Positions 1 to 14,471 of a DNA stretch of 64,000 bases are shown one piece after another (the first letter of the stretch is position 1; each line of letters opens with the position of its first letter). The notes below the pieces were generated by a model that had not been told where the DNA came from, ran no database searches, and saw only the letters and a list, made by a program, of their open reading frames with translations. The position numbers were made by a program, and so were the translations under genes. Source of the stretch: Chrysomallon squamiferum (taxonomy: Eukaryota; Animalia; Mollusca); the NCBI GenBank assembly GCA_012295275.1, contig CM022677.1:6200001-6264000 (forward strand), read 5' to 3'.

Positions 1-2805
1 GTGCAAAACAAGAACACTGGGAACTCTTTTGTAACAATATCGACCTCAAAACATCAGTCGAAGACATGTGGGCCAAAGTGAAAAACATCTGAGGCAAACA
101 AAAAGCAGATCTACTCAGTGAAAATTTTGTCAAGTCCAGCAGCAACTCAAACTTCCTACTGAAATTCACAAAGAAACCACTGGACAACCCAACAATCAAC
201 CAACCTTCCGCAGACACAGAACACTTGAACTACAATCAACTCTTCAACATCACCAAATTAAAACATACCCTCAAAAACAAGAAAAGTACAGCCACAGGGC
301 CAGATAAAATAAGCTACACAATACTACAACACCTACCAGATGAAACATTACTCATTGTACTCGACCTCTACAACACAATATGGACTGCAGATAAGATTCC
401 AACAAACTGGAAACACGCCGAATGTTTCAGCTTGCCCAAACCACACAAAGATCACTCACTACCCAACAGCTACAGGCTAATCATGCTGACGTCACACATG
501 TGCAAAACACTGGAAACGAGGACCAACACACACCTAAACCAGCATCTAAACAACAATTTAATCAGCAAATATCAAAGCGGCTTCAGGAAGAAACACAGCA
601 CAAACAACCGGATCACCTGTCTGCAAACATCAGTCAACCAATCTTTTAGGAAATCTAAAAAAGTCATCACAGTATTCCTAGACACTGAAAAAGCATTCGA
701 CATGGTATGGAGGGAAGGACTGCTCATCAAATTAATCAACAACAACATCAAAGGCAACATGTTCAACTTCATTACAGACTTCATCAACAACAGATCCATA
801 GCAGTCAAAGTGAACGGTCACACCTCAGAGAAAATGACAATCGAAAACGGCATCCCACAAGGATACGTGACCTCGCCAACACTATTTAACATCTACATCA
901 ACGACATCGTCACAGCTCTCAACAAACAACACCAAAAATCCACCAACTGAACCAATAAACACAGCACTCTTTGCAGACGACTGCAACTTTTGATATGCAG
1001 ACGGAAACAAATACAAGAATACCTAAACAACATAAACGACAGGGTGTTGAAATGGGGAATAAGACTTCTCTTTCCAAAACGACATGCCTCCTTTTCAACA
1101 AAAAAACACACAACAACAAAATCACACTAAACATCAACAACAACGTCATTACACAAACCAAAACATTCAAATTTCTAGCCAACTCAACTTTGGATGCCAC
1201 ATACACAAAATAATTGCATCCTGCAAAAAAACACTCAATCTTCTAATTTCCGGAACCAGTTGGGGAGCAAACGAGTCAATGCTAATTTTGATATACAAAG
1301 CACGTATTCTCTCCCGAACACTCTTTAAAAAAACCTAAACGTAATTCAATCCGGCGCCCTCAGAGTGATCAGCCACCTGCCAAACACAACACCACCCGAC
1401 AGCCTCCTGTCGGAATACAGCATCCAACCACTAAAATACAGAAGAAATCTGCACTACTGAAATACAACCTGAAAATACACACACTCAACACAGACCACCC
1501 CGACAAGGATCTGGTCCCCGACCAACAAAGAATAGGGCAACCCTTTAAATCACATAGTCTACTTCTATCGAATTTCCTGACAACAGCCAGCAAAATCGAA
1601 AGGGAAACAGGAATATGGGAAATGCCACTGCTGGCATATCACAAAGAAACAAAACCAGCAATAAACACACCTTTCCTAATCAAAACAGAAACAGACAAAA
1701 CAGAGTTCCCACCCTTCAAAAACAACCACTACAAACAACACATACACATCGAAAAACACAAACAACGGGAGAGTAGGATTTGCCTTCATAACCCAAGATC
1801 ACACAAACAAACCCACATGCATACAATTCAGCCATATCAGAAATCACCTTTCAGCAAGCACAGCTGAATTGGTCGCCATCATCAGAGCCATGCTGTGGGT
1901 GAAACACAACAACAACAAACACACAGTCATATTCTCGGACAGCCTAAGTTCCGTCATCTCAGTACAATCCAGACATTCCAGCAGACCAGACCTACTCAGC
2001 AGAATACAACATCTACACAAGAACATACAACAAACAACTAATCATCAAGTGTTTCCCAGCACATGTCAGCATCATCGGCAACGAATTTGCCGACCATTAC
2101 GCCAAAGAGTCATTCAGCATTAAATACGAAGACATCTGCACAGACATACACTACAGGAATAAATTAAGTTCACTCCATTGTAGCCAAATATTAAGACAAA
2201 CAGTGGCAAAACGAATGGAACAACACCAAAAACAAATGGCACTTGAACATCAAACCACTCACCAAAACCCCCAAAATCACACATGCCAACAAACTACACA
2301 ACAATCTCACCAAAGCCAGAAATGGTTACTCAACCAACTTAAATGCAATCCGATATAAATATCACAACACCACATCATCCAACTGCAGCTGTGGACTCTC
2401 CAAAACCATGAAACACTACTTGTTTCCCTGTCAAAATTTCACCAAGGAAAGACAAGCACTACGCAATACACTGGAGGAACTAAAAATCGAATTCACACTC
2501 CAAAACATCTTAGCACCAAACACAACAGACAGAGAGTTAGGCCTCACTGCAGAAACAACATACATTCTGAACACAAAACACAAACTTTAGACTCTTTTCT
2601 TTTTCTTTTCTTCTTTTTTGACACAAAAACAAACAACAGTTGAATGAATTTATTGACTTACAGATTGGTTGGTTGAACAGCTGATTGATCTATGATTGGA
2701 TCGGCTGACTGACAGATCAGTTTGAGAGGCCAATTAAATTAATAATTAAAAACAAAACTATATGTACTATACATACTTACATTCAGACCATACTAACCCG
2801 GTTAT
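1..2805 (+). mobile_element. Degenerate non-LTR retrotransposon (I/Nimb/Ingi-group LINE), 3' part of ORF2 (RT, RNase H, C-terminal CCHC) plus 3' UTR; begins before the window
   Basis: ORF 225-950 has RT motifs GPDKISY, YQSGFRK, VFLDTEKAFDMVWR and GIPQG..SPTLFNIYIND, followed by LFADD near 968. SWGAN is at ~1258. RNase H motifs AELVAI, VIFSDSLS and HVSIIGNEFAD lie at 1860-2105, and CSCG..TMKHYLFPC is in ORF 2243-2590. There are many frameshifts and stops. The 3' UTR matches the reverse complement of 28860-29060. Confidence 0.93.
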
Positions 2806-2954
2806 TGTTGTTTTTTTCTTTTTTCTTCACTATTATTATTATTATTATTATTAAATTAACATTAGCATAATCACCACCATTATTATGATAATAATTTCTG
2901 CTTAGATGCTCATTACTAAGAACTGACAGGTAATAATATGAAAAGATGGTTCAC

Positions 2955-5900
2955 CTTCTCTGTATTGCCTTGACATCTCCTGAACTTTTCCAAATGATGC
3001 AACTGTTGCATAACGCTGTAGGAAAGAAATATAATAAAACAAAACATGAAATTACATTCCTTTATAAAATGATGTGATCAACCAAGGTTTTAAAATATAT
3101 TTTTAATTTAGTTATGTATATATATCTATATATATATATTTTTTTTTTCTTCCTGTTTTACTAATTTCCTATAGTGGCATGTACATTTCATATTTAAAAT
3201 GATTATACACAGATAAAAGTATTGAAGATAACCTTAACATATTAACTAACATGTTTGTTGGGATTTTTTAAACATTTTCTCTATTAACTGTTAAATTCAT
3301 CATCTATAAATATAATCATAAAAACAGCTATATTGTTGATAAGAAAACAGGAGAGTGAGAATAAATAAATATATAATGAGTAATCCACAATATTGCTAGT
3401 TAATACCAACATGTGCAGTCAACACAGAAAGTGAAGGTGTGTTTGTTATAGATCTAAAAAGTTAACAAATCTTCTGAATGCTCTCAATGATTTAAATGCT
3501 TTAAATGTCTAAGAACAATTTTATCTAAAAACAGGTCTTTATCCATCCAAGAAAGAAAAACAATACATTTTTCTCCTGTATCATTACATCATACAAAACA
3601 TAATTAAAACTTTACTTACCTTTTCACCATTTTCTGCAGTTTCAGTAGGCTTACTGTCATTCATTCTGAAAGACAAATAACAGGGTAATAAATCTAATAA
3701 GTTAGCAAGTAATTTTAAATTACTAAGAATTACTAAGAAATGTATTTAAAATAATTTTAAAAGTAATATTAAAAAAAAATCATTAACACAAACTGAAGTG
3801 TGTCAAAAATGCATAAACTGATGGTGTTTTCAATAAACACTTTCTCCCTGGCTAGCGTTACAAAAAATATGTGTCTATAGGTGTGTGTATATGAAAACAA
3901 AGCAAAAAAACATTACTGTATTGGATATTTAAATACCACAACATTTAGTGAAAAACTACTTAAAATTCTATAAATAAAAATATAAATAGTATTTTAAAGA
4001 CCAAATTATTCCTAGGAAAAACATACTTAAAATAACCAATAAAATTCCATTTTAATTAACACACTGTACTACTTTGCATTTGAAACTAAATTATACCTTA
4101 AAATTAACATACCTAAATTTAAAGACTTAAAGTCTTACCTGCTGTCTTACTCTGGTATTTATTATTTGCTATCACAACTCTAAAACTGTAGCGTCTTATG
4201 CCAGAAGATGAATCTGTTTCTTCTTTGTCACCACAGTTCAAGGTTATGGTGCTGCTCCCTTGTCTCATATACTGAACAGTGCTTTGATGATACTTGTGTG
4301 TATTCCATTGTGTTGAACTGCTGCAGGTAGTAAGGTTTGCATTATGGTCCAGTCCAGACTGACACATCTGATGGGCAGGACAGGGTACAGTATGGCGGAA
4401 GTTTACTGACATCAGACACTGACTGATTCAAGTCAAATGAATGGTGGTTTAAGCTTTTTCACTTTTTCTTGACCTTGGATAATTTCTATCACCTGAAATT
4501 AACATTAAAAGATCAATGTTTATTAGCCACAGGTTTCTGGTGTTAAAATAGGTTAAAATATGTTAACTCGAGACATTTTTCATTATGAATTTTCTTCTAT
4601 TTGTCAACAAAGCTATCAGTTTGTAATGGCAACAGTGAAAACAATGTACTATATTATGAGAATTCAAATTTTTAAAAAGTTTTCATTAATGTATGTATGA
4701 ATGGGTTGGAATGACTTAGGAACTACATTAAATCAAGTTTTCATCAATATGCTTTGATGTGACTGGAGAAATGTTAATTGATTTGATTTTGTTTTATTGT
4801 CCCTCTCACTAAGTATATAACAGTTTTATTTACCAACAACAGGTGAACTGCACACTTGTGTTGGTGTTGCCTGCACATCCAGAGACATCGGCTTTCCATT
4901 CTGTATAAATAAAATTTCCAAATTTAATAAAATAAACATATCATATAGAAATTAATATCAAACAATCAAAAATGAAACAATATAAAACACATGCTCAGAA
5001 ACATTATTTATGAATATATATGTCTTCAAGTTCAAACTCATGTAAATAATATTTTAACATAAATATAATAATTATGCCTTCTTGTAAAGTGGTAACAATC
5101 ATTAAACACATATAGAAAAGTTATCTTAAAGATCTACTAACATGAATCTAATTTACTCTCAATGAAAAACAAACATTTTACACTTTTTAAAACATAATTT
5201 AATTAGATTATTGCACTTGTTAAGAAATTTAATTAGATTATTGCAAGTTAAGAAATTTAATTGGATTATTGCATGCGTTCAGTAATTTAATTATAAAGGT
5301 AACATTTCCAAACACTCATCTGACTGCATTGTTTTAATTCATAGCTTTTCTTTTATTAACAGATGTAACTAATATGAATTAATACAAACCAGAACATCAG
5401 GAGCTGTCTGACTGTTTGTTAGTCTGCTTTTAAGTGACTCTGTCTCTTTAGTAATTTTAACTTTCAATTCATCAGTTGTTAAACCAGAGATAGTGTTCTA
5501 GAAAAATAGGTTAGACAAATATATTCAAAACAATTTATTATTACTTTATTATTATTATTTGAATTACTATTTAATCTATGTTTATATATTTTCTTTTCAG
5601 CCTGAGAATAAACTATAATATTATCAGCATTTGTTTTTCATTTTATTTTTATTATTAATTTGTTATGAAATATCTTTGGACATAAAAAGCTGGTTTCAGT
5701 GATGAGACTTTCAGAAAAATATCTGTGTTCTTTATGGATCTAGATCAAATTTTATGTTATTACAATTTATTCTGTAGGAAATATACTGGACTTAAGCTGT
5801 AAAATATGTTACAAAAATATATATACACTTGTGCATTAGTTTTGATTACTTGCTGACAGACTGAAATAAATTACTAACCAATACCTGAACCAAAAAAACA

Positions 5901-8900
5901 TATATGAACTCTAAAGGATTCTTACTGACAAATTCATCTTTTTGCTATATCGCTATATACTGTTTTCTTTAAACACAGTGTTATGTACGAAGAATCCCTT
6001 TAAAAATTACCTTACATACATTTTGATATTAAATAGAATTAATGACAAATCTTAGAAAAAAAAATGTTTTTAATGTTTCTTCTTTTTAATTCATCAGATA
6101 TTGATGAACTGTCATAAAAAAGAAAATGTTTTTGCTTTGTTATCACTGAATAAAACAATGAATAGAAATATTTTTTTACTGCTGTGATGGTTTCTTTTTA
6201 TTATTATTTTGTGGAAAAAACTATCAACTTTATGAAATACCTGACAAATTATAATCATGTTTGTTTCCTGTATAGAGGCAAAAATAATCAAGTTACAAAT
6301 TAACATTGTAAAAAATAATCAAAGAATAAGACATGGTTTCATTTGTACTTATTATATTTTCACTTCTACAAGTTAACCAACCTGATAATCAATCCATGCA
6401 TTCTGTATCAAAATCTTGGTGGACCAATTTCCAAATGTCCTGCAAGTCATACTGCCTGACTCTTTTCTCTTTTAATACATTTTCCTGCAAACAAAATTAC
6501 ATCTTCTACAATACTGATCACCTCTTACATAATAAACTTGCAACTGGCCAATATACGATGATGTATTTAATGAAGGCAAGGTTGCAAAAGAAAAAAGGTC
6601 AAAGTAAACCTGCCTGTAATCGTATAAACTGAAAAAGATATAAATGTAAGGCATTCAGCAGGTTTTCAGTTATTTAGGAATGTTTTGTTAATCTAAACTG
6701 TTTATATTATTTCTGATCAGATTGAAATTTTGGCAGATAAATTATCAAACCAAAATTTGTGTGTTTTTATTTTTAATGAATGTATGATGGAAGAATGAAT
6801 GCGTCCATTAAGTTCAAGAACAAATACATATTAGAATTGAACTAACTTCAAATTCAGAACATATTTCCTTCTCTCTCTCCAGTGTTTCTTGCAGCTGGCA
6901 GATGTCACTAATTTTTCAAAAGATTACCATATTTAGAAATAGATGAGGTTTAATAAAAACAATAACAGCATTTCTAAAACAAAATCTAAACAAATTATTT
7001 ACATTCTGTTTCTAATATATATTATTCTAATGAAAAAGCTAGGAAAAGTATTTTATAAAAATATTTCTAAGGATTTGTTAGTTTAACCAACTGTAAATAC
7101 CATTAACAAAGTTAAGTAATTTAGCTTAGACACAGAACTACTTAAATAATAAAATAAAATAAAATAAAATAAAATAAATATTCACACATTCAGCGTTACA
7201 GTATTTTTCACGAAGTTCTTTACTAGCTCTGAAAAACATACAACAGAAAAATATTTTGTATTAATATTTCATAAAACTAAACTAAAGTTTTTATTTGTGA
7301 GGCTTACTGCTGAAAAGTGAAAAATAAAAAAACAAACTCATTTATTAATAGTTTTGGGACAAAAATGTTTTCTGCATACTGGTGTTAGAGAATAAGCTGA
7401 CAGACACAAGTAGCAAGGAATCTTTTATATGCACCTTTACATGGAGACTAAACACCGTACACCTGTAGGCCAGTTACCTCTCAGACACCAAGCCTGCACT
7501 CAAACCACTGATATGTTTTCTGTTCCTTTAATTCATGTGCAATTAAAATGTCATGGATTCACATTTATTTTCTACATCTCTGAAATAATCTCAGCATTTC
7601 TGTGGAAGATTACTTTGAAAAATGAGACACACAGTTTGTTTGCTGAATGACAAAGCTGTGGCATGACAGGCTAATACCGACAAATAAAAGATGCATCTTA
7701 GATCAAGAGAAAAAAAATATTAATCATTCTGAAGAAGATACAACAACTCATGTACTTTAAAGGTATATTATGATCACAGCTTAACCATTATAGAACTGTC
7801 GGGCAAATGTAAAAGACTCAGTCAAAATGTATTGGAATATTACATTTGAATTTTGGTGCCAGCCAAAACAAATGCTAAAGACATTAATGATATAAGGCAA
7901 GTTATAAATATAAATATACTAACCTTGTTAAATTGTCAATACTGCAACAGTTTGCTTTCAGTTTGCAAATCTTTTATTTCTGCGAGTACTTGAGAACTTT
8001 CCACAAGCTGACCTCTCAGTTGCTCAATCTGAAAATTAAAATCATTATTGCAAAGTTATTTTATTGAAGACAACAAAGTATCAAATATATATCATAAACA
8101 TGTTATTGACTGCTCCAGACTTTTTCTGCTGAATCAGTCCTACTTTTTATTATTATTATTCTTTTTATTTATTTAATTTTTTCTTATAAATGCTGAAAGT
8201 AATTTATTCTATGATCCAGTTCTCAGCCACCTTTCATTCTAATTTTACATATTTAATTATCTTCAGAATGCTCAACTATTTATTTTAAAATGAATAAATG
8301 CATAATGGAAGCCAACCTAATTCAGTGACTATTAAATAATAATTTCATCTACCATTTTACTTGGAATTATTATTAAAACCGATTATAATTAAAAACTTCT
8401 GTATCAAAATTCTTAATTAAATAATAAATACTGGTTTATGTCCCACCATTTCCCACCGCTACAGAATTCTGGCATATATTATGTAATAAGAATACAATTT
8501 GATTTCTTCTTCTGTTTAAAGCCTAGTACGTTTTAATAAAGTATGGTTACTTCCAAGTAATAATAATTATTTTATTTATTCAGAAAGGAAATAATATTTT
8601 TATTTATTTAGTTGTTATTGTTTGTTTTTTTGTTTTTTAACTTTTTATTTTTTTAGATACATTGTTAGATAAACAGAAAACATTTCAAACATAGAAATGA
8701 AATGGAAGAAAAACCAATTATTACAAGGGCACTGCATCCTCAGTCTCTAAAGTTCTTTTACTTTGAAAATAAAAACAGACACACACACACACACAAACAC
8801 ACACATACAAAATATAATAGTAACAAAAAAAAAATCTTTAGCACTGGAAGTTAAATCAAAATGTATTTAGGCTATATTTTAAAGAAAACATTCCATACCT

Positions 8901-11900
8901 CTTGAAGCAATTGCTGAGTTTCGAATCTCTCTGCTGACAACTATTCTTCCAGTTACAGGATTTAGTTCTCATCAGTCATATCTTTGTCATCAGCACTAAT
9001 TTTTATTTCTTCTGAAAGGTCACAGATTCTTCTGAGATTTCCATTTTCAACTATATTAAAAATTAAGTGTAAAATTACCACATAACAATCTTAAGAGGAA
9101 TAAAATGCTTTAAGAGTTAATATAAATAATATATAGTTACTGTTTTTATTATGAAAATATATGTGTTCTTACCTTCCAACCTGTTCAGTATGGTAACTAT
9201 CTGCTTGTAACTGTAAAATAAAATAATATTAGATTAGCATTTCTGTCTTCTAGTACTGGAACTTTTAATAATAATTTAAACATCGACAATAACTTAAACA
9301 CTATCAGTTTTGTCCACATCTCACTTCAAAAAATGTAAAGAAACAAATGTTAAATTAACTGCTAAAGAAATAAAGATTACAGTAATTGAAAAAAGAAAAA
9401 CAAAAAGCAACACATACAATACATTATTGCTTAGAATTAATCATTGTTCAAACTTATTTCAAGACATCTGTAAGAAGCATCACAAACTTCTTTCAGTAAC
9501 TGGTTAATGTTAATCTAAAAACGATTTTTCTTTATGATGGACTTTATTCATAAAATATGTTTTGAACTTAGACAAAAAAAAAAACTAATAAAATTTAATC
9601 ATGAAACACAATGACTTCAAACAATAGATGAATAAATATAATAATATTAATTGTCCATTACAAGCAAGATGTTTTGAAATACTGATTCAAAAATAGCATT
9701 TACTAAAAACTAAGTACAATAAAAGAATGATAATTAATATGTAACAGACCAATGAAACAGTAACATTCAGTTTGTCAGCTTCTGTATCAAGATAAGTCCA
9801 AATCAGTTATGAAGATGTTTCTGCAGGAGCAACTATTATTCAGTAGTTTTATTGTACAAACCTTGTCTTTTTCACACAAAGGTGATGCCAAACATTTCAT
9901 AACAAATATAGATTACTTTAACATTAACATACTATTAAGCTGATTACTGACTTGTTACTATTTTATAATTATTACCATGAGTTCATAATAAATGGAGGTA
10001 TTAAGGACAGAACCAACTCTCACTCATGGAAATGTATGCTATTGGATCTTCCTCATCAAAACCACATTTTCAAAACACAGAAGAAGGGGATACACAATCC
10101 TTTCACAGGTTTGTCAGGCTGCAAGTAAATTAGTTTTAGAAATTCATCAAAGAGGGAACAAAATCAACAGTAAATAATGATACATGTTCAATCATCACTG
10201 CAAACTACAAAATTCTTTTTTCTTCACAGTAATGCCTAATTTTGCAGTAAATATTTCTTATTATGTGAATTGATTCTGTGTGTATTATTGTAACTCTGTT
10301 AGTTCCTCAAGGCTGTTAAAGCAAACATATTAAAGTATGAATTATACTATAGGTTGATTTAATTAACAAAATGTAAATACACAACACCAAAAGCAAATGA
10401 CCTATCTTCTTTATCTGGCACTCAATCCAAATCCCAGTTCAGCAACAGTTTTATTTCATGGATAATCAGATTGAAACTAATTTCACAAAAAAATGTTTTT
10501 TACAGAAAATGAAAATTAGTTTTGACAAAAAGGACAAATACATGTAAGAATAAAATAATGCATAAATAATAATAATAATAATGGGTCTCTTGGTAATTAA
10601 ATTAACAAAATATTTCAGAAGCTGAAAACAGAATTGTGAATAAATTAAGTTAGATATAATCTAAGTTAATATCTCCAGATATTTTTCAATGTCAGTTGAA
10701 AAAATAAACTCTATTCCCCATTTACACAAATGAAATAAACATACTTCACAAAAATTTTTGTTCAAGGTAAACATCACATAGCAAGAAGAGAAAAAAAATA
10801 TAGTTTTGTAAAAAAAAAGATAAAAACTGAAAATTATTTTAGAAATGACTCACCAATATCAGTGTCCTGGAAATACTCAGAGTGGGATCTGAAACTAATC
10901 CATAATCCATATTCTCTAACAGGAACAGGATATCATCCTGTGATTTCCACTGAACATTAATAATAAGAATAAGAAAGTAAGAGAAAACAATTTCAACAAA
11001 AACATTGATAAAAGACAAATACTTTACATTATTCAAATAGTTGTAAATTCTGTAAATGAAATAGTGAAATAAATTCAAAATATCTATTTATTGTTTATTG
11101 TTGAGATACATTATTCTGTAATATAACAATAAGTGTGTATATGTGTGTCTTTTTGGGGGAATTTTTTTCTGTTCATTAAGCAATTACCTTGTGACATTGT
11201 TAAGGTCTAGAATCCATGTTTTGATGATCTTCTTGTAAAAGTTCTCTTCAACAAAAGGATCAACACTTTTTGGATCCAGCATGATCATCAGTCTGATGAG
11301 ATGTTCTTCAGGCTGAAAGTTAAATAGCAACAAAAATTATGTATTAGGAAATGAAACGTGTAAAAGAATTAAATAAAAATATTGATAACTAGGACAGTAT
11401 ATCTACACTGTAAAATGATACTTTACAGCATCTTAAGAATTGGTCTGATAAAGCACAGCATTATATTTATTGATTTACTTCAAGCTGGTCATTAATTTCA
11501 CAGCATCACAGTTATTCGAGTGTTGCTTTTGTTCTGAATCTTAGACATATCTAAGAAATTTGATGACGTAAGCACTTTTTTAACAATGCCATTCCCACCT
11601 CCTTCATCAAAATCAGGATTTTCTGATGATTTTGTCCACTTTATTAACTTATACAGTGTAAGCAAAATCAGTTCTGGCAAAATCTGCAAATATAAAACAA
11701 ATAAAACAGTAAAAGACAATAGAATCTATTCTCTGCAGGAGTAGCATCATCAGCAGCAGAAACATACTGCCACTGCTTCCACAGACATCCATTTTATAGC
11801 AGAAGGGAAGATGGTAGAAAGTGTAAATGGGAAAATAAATGAAAATTAATAATAATTAAGATACCAGCTATAACATGCAAATTCCATATATTTTAAAATA

Positions 11901-13199
11901 CATTTTAAGTTAAAATTGTCCCTTTTCTCTCTCAAAATAAGCCATGATTCATCTACAAGCATTAAACTTTTACAGAAGAGCTGTTTATACAACAAAACCA
12001 CAGTTTACATGCTCTGAAACCCCAATTTACATTCATTAAAAATTGTCCTGTATTTTTAATTTAACATGGCCTTAAGTAGACTTTTTTTTAGAAATGAGGT
12101 AAAAACACTTACTTGCTGATAAACTTGTTTGATGTCTGACGTCTTTTAAGTCAGTTATGTCTTTCATCACTATGATGACAGTACCTCCAAATAGTAACCA
12201 GAGACATAAATGAATTCATTAGGTGGATATAGTTTCTACTGGAATATAGAATTACCGTTTATATTTTTAAAATAAAATCTTTGTAAAAAAAACCTACAAT
12301 AATAAAAAAATGAAACATATAATAAAAAGATTGCAATTTCAGTGTGAGGTATTTGTAGTAACGACCATGTTTAAAATTTATTTGTAATCATTCACTGTCA
12401 CATAAATGATATTAAAATATTGTGAATGACAAAATTAATATGATTTTTATATTGTCTTCATCTCTCAAAATTTGTATACAAGGAAGTCTTTTTCTGTGAA
12501 AATTAATGTTTTTGACTCAAACATCATTTAAGTCAGCTATGGAAAAAGAAAAGTATATAAAAAATATTTAAAAAGTAGTAAAATCAGAAAATATAATAAG
12601 AAATATATCACCAGTAACTATTGCATACAGACATCATACGAAGAAACCCTGTGAAAACCTGAAGATCTAAGATTCTACTGTTTAAGTTAGTTTTCACTAG
12701 GAAGTTTATTTAATAAGCAATTTTATTTAATATTTATTTATTTTAAGAATTGTATTTATCTTATTTTATTTATTTAATCTGAAAAAAAAAAACCCTACAT
12801 TTTTAACCACCTGTTTATTTATTTATTTATTATATTAAACACTCAACACTGATAGTATCAATCAATAAAAAACAAGAAGCAATCTTACTTTTACAGTGAT
12901 AATTAAGTTTACACAAAAATTTGCTTATTTACCCTAAAGTAACCTAATATTTGCAGCAACAATTAAGTTTAAACAAAACAATTTCAGCAACTGAAATATT
13001 TACTCATTATATTATTATTTAAATCAGTTTTGAAATATATTGGTATTTACATTTTCCCCATCAATAGCACTGAACCTTTTCTTTTTCAAAATGAATATTT
13101 AATGGCCCAAATTTGTTTTTTGGGCCACCATATTTTTTAGATGAGTTAAGAGCTCTGTGTATGTGTTTACCAATACTTATCACAGTGTTTTTAAACCCC
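2955..13199 (-). pseudogene. Multi-exon decayed gene (coiled-coil and low-complexity protein; weak resemblance to the TTC3/DZIP3 family)
   Basis: AG/GT-bounded exons on the minus strand at about 13051-13199, 12113-12238, 11479-11683, 11188-11312 (PEEHLIRLMIMLDPKSVDPFVEENFYKKIIKTW), 10854-10949, 9173-9210, 8899-9050, 7924-8028 (IEQLRGQLVESSQVLAEIKDLQTESKLLQY*QFNK, in-frame stop), 6382-6628, 5390-5497 (NTISGLTTDELKVKI), 4834-4900, 4139-4492, 3620-3665 and 2955-3015. Stops and phase conflicts indicate a pseudogene. The family assignment is tentative. Confidence 0.7.
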
Positions 13200-13649
13200 C
13201 TAGACATAATAACAAGAATAAATATTGGCACTGTGACACCAAGACATTCTGATAATCATGTTAAGGCAATCCCGTGTTGTTATTTTTTGATAAATATAGG
13301 ATTTTAAACACATTCACAAGAAACATTTAAAATGTTGAAAGTATTATAAAAATCAATGTAGATAAAAAAAAGTCTTGAAAGTTCTATTCCTTTACCTTAG
13401 GCAATGGTTTCAATTTGTTTACATTAATTTCAGAGAAGTAACATGCTGCTGTTTGTTCAGTTCTGTCTCCTACCAAGTTTACAGATCAACAAAATTCGTT
13501 TTCTGTTGTGTTTTCGTCTTAAAATGGGAACATAATCTCATCTGCATTACAGTTAATTTCAAAGATTAGCAGAATTAGTAACAGAAAGACCACCAATCAC
13601 AGACTGTTCAGTTTCGTCCAACTAATGGAATTTGCCTCCAGTTTTTATA

Positions 13650-14471
13650 ACCTGCAAGGATGAAATCTCACATACTTTTGTCATCCTGGCCAAGAACAAA
13701 ACTAGGACGTTTCTACTCCTGTTTTGTAGTACATATCATCACTGGTTTGTGAACAACATCTGATGATTTACTCTGATGTCATACAGTCATTTGAATCCAC
13801 TTTACCATCCAAACCAAAGTTATAATAGTGAATTCACCACACTTTGTCAATCACAGCTGGAGTTTTTTTGTTGAATAACTGCAGCAAAACAGAATCATGT
13901 TGCCAAATCAATGTAAGAAATGTACACCTGACTTCCATTCTTTTAGATCCAGAGCCACATCATTAAATTCTGATGCACATGGAAAACACACGATATGTCT
14001 GGATGAAGTTCTTTTGAATTTCGTGTATACATTGCAAGTTTCCTCCACTACATAAATTAATGCCAACTCTTGAATCGTCGTTATCATTTACTTGTTTCAA
14101 CAAATGTGTCACATCGCTGTAGTCGGCACCAGTTTTGATGATCTTCTTGTAAAAGTTGTCGTTCTCTGTGACACAAATCTGCTCCGTCTGGTAACTTAAA
14201 CGCTAACATATACGGCTGCAAGTTCGTCTTTTTTATATTTTCGTTAGCAAAGTCGCCATTCTATCGTCTTTCATCAACGCCGCGTTCACTAAACACTTTA
14301 TCAGGATGGGCCCTTCACTTTCCTGCAATGATAACACTATCACTATTTCTTTTTCCAAATCTATTATATTCTGCTAACGCTTTAATTTCATCCATTCATC
14401 TGCTGTACGTTTCGTAACTTTCGGTCTGCGTCTTCAAATAAAACATAAATGAAGAACAACGCTCTGTACCA
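13650..14471 (-). mobile_element. Internally deleted GalEa-like Ty1/Copia LTR retrotransposon remnant (PBS, gag N-terminus, integrase fragments)
   Basis: Minus-strand translation across frameshifts gives gag DEIKA..DLEKE..VLSLQESE..DKVFSE..KDDRMATLL, MLAFKLPDGADLCHRERQL and TGADYSDVTHLLKQ (~14085-14440). Integrase CNVYTKFKRT..VCFPCASEFNDVALDLKEWKSGVHFLH lies at ~13910-14035, and post-integrase YYK..VLGQDDK..YVRFHPCRL at ~13650-13735. Confidence 0.8.
14455..14471 (-). promoter_or_regulatory. Primer-binding site complementary to the initiator tRNA-Met 3' end
   Basis: Minus strand reads TGGTACAGAGCGTTGTT immediately upstream of gag. This matches the GalEa PBS consensus TGGTAGCAGAGC with one deleted base. 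Confidence 0.65.

Noticed and set aside
225-950. 241-aa RT ORF as a functional or domesticated reverse transcriptase (retron/DGR-like)
   Set aside because: It stops before the catalytic FADD motif and is a frameshifted piece of a LINE ORF2.
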